A DNA stretch of 63,862 nucleotides, counting the filler, from Vannella sp. (lineage: Eukaryota): NCBI GenBank assembly GCA_023345925.1. It is 7 parts of 7 records of this genome, joined end to end, with 100 filler letters (N's around TTAATTAATTAA, not from the genome) between each part and the next. Parts side by side here need not be neighbours in the genome. Positions count along the whole stretch, not along the records: positions 57,655 to 63,862 come from JAJQQN010000940.1; 6 more parts are not named here. One strand, 5' to 3'. Shown in pieces: positions 59,586-63,862 of the stretch. Position numbers and translations under genes: made by a program. Below the pieces are notes generated by a model that was not told the DNA's origin, did no database searches, and worked only from the letters and a program-made list of their open reading frames with translations. How positions within the stretch are numbered: position 1 is the stretch's first letter; every line of letters begins with the position of its first letter.

Positions 59586-60356
59586 TTAATGAGTCTTGGA
59601 ACGCTCCTTGTGGGGAGCAACATTGAACTTGCACAAGAACCATCCGTCCTCGGGGGTGTGGAGTAGTTCTATGAAGGAAGCATTGGCTTGTTCCAGCTTC
59701 CACGTCATTGCAGGGTCGAAGCAGAGGACATTGCGGAGGAAACTCGAGTTTGCCACGCAGTGCCCGAAGATGCCGACTCTTATCTCGCCCTGGCCTTGAC
59801 AGCTCTGTAGAGCCTCCACATCAGGGAACAGAGTATTGATTACGAAGGCTTTCATCCTGTCTGGAGGCATCCAGCTTGAGAACAGACGCTCTCTTTCCCT
59901 TCAGGAGTACTTACCTTCCAGTTCTCGCTGGGATTCACCGTTTGGGGGCTTGAACTCCCATGCCATACTTTCAATATGTGCTTTCATCTCCTTTGTGTAC
60001 ACCTCTGAAGCGACACGACCAACCCAGTCCCCCATTTCGATCTCCAGAAGCTCATCCGAGGCTCGTAACTGCTCCTCTTGGTACCAAGAGGCCCTCTCTA
60101 ACGCGTACTGTGCAGTCTGTCTGGCACGGATAGCTGTAGAGGCGTACACGAGGTCCATAGTGATGCTCTTCTCGAGAAAGTACTCGCCCAACGCCTTCGC
60201 CTGCTCAATCCCCAAAGGCGTCAACGGCACCTCCGCCTGGCGCCCTGAGATGAGATCATGTCGCAAGTTCGCTTCACTCTGGCCATGACGAATGAGAAAC
60301 ACTCGCAAAGGCACCGAAAGGGGAGCGACCAGTCGACTAGCGTGCCAACTCGCCAT
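59586..60356 (-). CDS. Histidine phosphatase (phosphoglycerate mutase family)
   Basis: LIRHGQSEAN, RARQTA, EIEMGDWVG, PPNGES, IFGH. Confidence 0.88.
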
Positions 60357-60440
60357 CACCAAAATGGTCCATTCTGAGGAGAGTTCCTTCACCAGAACAG
60401 ATGCAGGGTGCTTCTCATCTATTCGTTCATTGGTAACGCA

Positions 60441-61967
60441 CTATCCGAAAGGCGGTGCGTCCGTTGGGTACGGAGAATCTGTGAACCCGGTGTACTTGAC
60501 AGTGGGCAGTTGGAATGCCTCTTCGTCAATGAGCTTGGAGATGGGAGCGTTGTAGAGAGACAAAAGCTCCTCTGAGATGGGCATGTCTTGCTCGAACATG
60601 TACTGAAGGAACTGGCCGATAGCCTCAGTCTCTTCCGTCTCACCAGCGCGATGAATGAGTGAATGCATTGTCTCCTCTTCCAGAGGGACCTCCAACACCA
60701 CAGCACGGTTCCAGCACTCCACAACCAACTCAAAGCGACGGATGTTCCTATCCGCACACAAAGCTTGCAGCAGCTTGTCATACAAACTCTCCTCCGGCGC
60801 AATGATCAGCTCATCCATCAAGGTGATGAGGTTCAGCGCCTTGAAAGGCTGTGTATGGATAGCAACATCTAACAGTGCATTGTAGGACTGCACCAGACGC
60901 TCCCGTGAGATCTTCTCTTGGATCTCTTGAATGAAACTGTACATCCCCACAAAGTCCTGCTCTAAGAGGTAGCCTTGGAGGATGGCCCAGTAGAGCTCAT
61001 CACTGACATGTCCCTCGGCTTCACATAGTGTGAGGTACTGCCGAGCCTTCTCGGGGGAGATGATCATGCCGTAGTAGAGTCCGACAGCATTGTACCAAGC
61101 CTGGGTCATGGGAAGGCCATAGCGGTTGATGATGCCCATGAGACGCTCGAGTAGACGTTTGTTGGAGTAGTTGGGGATGAGGGTGATGCTGGTGAGGAAC
61201 TCAGCGAGGAAGTCCTCAGTGGGGATCACCTCGTCGATCTCCATCTCATCCAACAGACGTTCTAGCTCTCGTGGCTTCTCCTCTGCGTCAAACGTGTGAA
61301 GGAGATGCCAGTAGGTCTTGAGATCAGGCTTGATCCTCTCTCGCCTCATCTTCTTTAGGAGCCGGGAAGCGGCAGGACCATCTGCAGAGCCGATCAGGGC
61401 ATTGTAGGCTCTTACATCAGGGGATTGGAGTAGCTCGAAGATGGAGAGCGCCTTTCCGTACTCTTTGCAGTTGGAAAAGGCCTGAATGACGTGGATGAAG
61501 GTGGTGGGGGTGAAGGAAGGTGACCCTGCCCACTCCATCATGAGATCCATGTCATCTACAAGGAGCTCCTCGTCATTGTAGCGTTGATGAATGATAAAGA
61601 GGAGGTCTACCATGCGTGTGGAAGGAGGACGGATCCCTACCTCCCACCATTCGTGCCAAAGTTCGTGGGCGATGTCGGGGTGGTTCATAGAGAGGGCAGT
61701 CTTGATCCATCTCTGGTAGTTCTCTTCGCTGGCAAAGCCTATGGAGGGCAAACCTGCACATGCTTTGAGATCTGTGGGCACACGGTAGGGGCTCTTCTTC
61801 ACATTGAAGAGGAGAAACTCCTTCACAGTGGGAGAGCGAAGGAGCACTCGCACGTTCGTAACAGGAGAACTTTGACGAAGAACCTCCATCTGAGGAGCAG
61901 TGGCGTAGCAACGTGGACCCACGCTTGTGCGAGCGAGCCGCATCACCCCAGGTGCCAAGCGGAGCAT
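60441..61967 (-). CDS. Pentatricopeptide-repeat protein, probably mitochondrial
   Basis: PDVRAYNALI, KPDLKTY, YNALL motifs; presequence-like N-terminus. Confidence 0.75.
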   Translation of the reverse strand: MLRLAPGVMRLARTSVGPRCYATAPQMEVLRQSSPVTNVRVLLRSPTVKEFLLFNVKKSPYRVPTDLKACAGLPSIGFASEENYQRWIKTALSMNHPDIAHELWHEWWEVGIRPPSTRMVDLLFIIHQRYNDEELLVDDMDLMMEWAGSPSFTPTTFIHVIQAFSNCKEYGKALSIFELLQSPDVRAYNALIGSADGPAASRLLKKMRRERIKPDLKTYWHLLHTFDAEEKPRELERLLDEMEIDEVIPTEDFLAEFLTSITLIPNYSNKRLLERLMGIINRYGLPMTQAWYNAVGLYYGMIISPEKARQYLTLCEAEGHVSDELYWAILQGYLLEQDFVGMYSFIQEIQEKISRERLVQSYNALLDVAIHTQPFKALNLITLMDELIIAPEESLYDKLLQALCADRNIRRFELVVECWNRAVVLEVPLEEETMHSLIHRAGETEETEAIGQFLQYMFEQDMPISEELLSLYNAPISKLIDEEAFQLPTVKYTGFTDSPYPTDAPPFG

Positions 61968-62068
61968 AGAGGGAAGAGTAAATGAACGATTAAAAGCTTT
62001 TGTTACACAAAAACGATGCGAGGCGAAGGCGGGTTGGGTCCTCCGCAGCACATTTCCGAAGGAGAGGC

Positions 62069-63302
62069 TTAAAGGAAGTCCACCACGTTGGCGGGCATCT
62101 CTGGCACCTGCGTGTGGTAGAACTCCTCAAGTTCACGAAGAGTCTTGGTGTCCTCAGTGGTGACGAAGTTGATGGCGACACCCTTGCGACCGAAACGACC
62201 AGAGCGACCGATGCGGTGAATGTAGTTCTCCAAGTTGCGGGGGAGATCGTAGTTGATAACCAGAGACACCTGTTGGACATCGATACCGCGAGCCAACAGA
62301 TCGGTGGTGATGAGGACACGGCTGGAGCCAGTTCGGAACTCGTTGAGGACGATATCACGGTCCGCTTGGGAGATGTCTCCGTGTGTGGATGACACCACGA
62401 AGTCCTTTTGGCCCATTTTGTCTGTCAACCACTCAACCTTGCGGCGGGTGTTGCAGAAGATAACGGCTTGGGAAATGTTCAGAGTATCGTACAGGTCGCA
62501 GAGAGTGTCCAACTTCCAGTCCTCCCGTTCGACGGCAATGTGGAATTGTTGGATACCCTCAAGGGTGAGCTCGTCACGTTTGACGAGGATTCGGATGGGA
62601 TCGTTCATGAACTTTCCAGTCATCTCGAGGGCCTCCGCGGGCATGGTGGCAGAGAAGAGACATACTTGGATGGTCTTGGGGAGTGTGATGAAGATGTCGT
62701 AGATCTGGTCCTTGAAGCCCATGGAGAGCATCTCGTCAGCCTCGTCGAGGATGAAGTTCTTGATGGATTCAGTTCGGAGGTAGCCGCGCTCTAAGAGGTC
62801 GAAAACCCGACCAGGAGTGCCAACGACGACGTGAACGCCCTTGCGGAGGATATCAGCGTCATCAGCGACGCGAGTTCCACCGACAGCGGCGTGGCATTTG
62901 ATGCCTAGGTAGTCGCCTAAGTTGGTAACGACCTTGTGAATCTGTTTGGCAAGCTCGCGAGTGGGAGCGAGGATGAGGGTTTGGACATCAGTCAGCTTCT
63001 CGTCGATCCTCTGGAGAGCACCGATGGTGAAGGTAGCAGTCTTGCCGGTACCAGATTGGGCCTGAGCGATCAGATCCCGTCCGGAGGCAAGAGGAAGAAT
63101 AGCGCGTTGCTGGATAGCAGAGGGTTTCTCGAAACCGTAAGCATAGATGCCACGGAGGAGGTTCTCCTTCAGGTTCATGGCGTCGAATTCAACGACGACC
63201 TCGTCCCAGTTGGTCTCCAAATCCCCAGCTTGTACATCTTGAAGGTTACTGCAAGATCAATCAGAATCACATCTAAAGATCTCTCGCCTTAACTTACGCC
63301 AT
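62069..63302 (-). CDS. eIF4A: Translation initiation factor eIF4A (5-nt first coding exon ATGGC)
   Basis: [44 protein letters not shown]. Confidence 0.97.
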
Positions 63303-63862
63303 GTTGAGCAGTGTTGAGTAGTTCTATTTGATCGAAGAGGAAAGAAGGTAATCAGCATGGCGTCAAGAGAGGATCACGGCATGCGCACCTTGTGTTCTTG
63401 TTAAAAAAACAAGGAACTTTGGCTGACTGGTTCTTTTATGCTCTCGTCTTCGAGACATCCGATTGGCCAGAACATGCGCAATGTATTCGATGGTTCCCTG
63501 AATTCTCATTCTTTAGGAAGCTACGAAAAAGCAAGGAATAATGGACATAACATTAATGGGATGCAAGGGGAAGTGAGAACGGTTCATTTCTTGGACCTTT
63601 TGGATTTGTTGCTTGTTTGGAGGAGGGAACGGGATTGGTTCTCTGGGGAGATCTTGAGGAAGGAGCAATGGAGGGAGGAATCGGAGCAACTGAGGATGAG
63701 GGGAGGTCCTGATGGGGTCGCACTTCTGAGGGCTTCGCAGAAACTCGAGAAACTGAAGGAATCGGACGAGAGACAGCGGAGAATGTAGTCTGCTTCCCCT
63801 GGATCACGTTTGGAGAAGGTTTTCCGAGGTTTGTAGACACTATAACTTGATTGGGTACTATC

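Noticed and set aside
62000..63292. Plus-strand ORFs overlapping eIF4A
   Set aside because: Antisense shadows of a codon-biased gene

Overview
This is compact, intron-containing eukaryotic DNA, probably from an amoebozoan; a vannellid/discosean origin is an inference from the gene content. It is seven contigs joined by artificial N-TTAATTAATTAA-N linkers. It carries about 33 protein genes with short (about 40-70 nt) introns, including a Roco/LRRK-like kinase, TMEM181, MDH, WDR13, PI3K, a Mei2-like protein, a CASTOR-like protein and eIF4A, plus a tRNA-Lys(UUU). The standout is the apparently ORF-free stretch at about 29.0-30.6 kb. It parses cleanly as an ankyrin-repeat gene ending in a CaaX box. 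Its two inter-repeat loops are encoded by arrays of 11 and 8 consecutive 3-nt (single-codon) phase-0 microexons, which suggests a combinatorial loop-diversification system. Immediately upstream lies a cell-surface LRR receptor built from nine symmetric 69-nt one-repeat exons. Other points of note are a U12-type AT-AC intron, a PTS2-bearing MDH1-type enzyme, and an inverted pair of orphan paralogs with tandem repeats upstream. All gene models were parsed by eye and have no RNA evidence.
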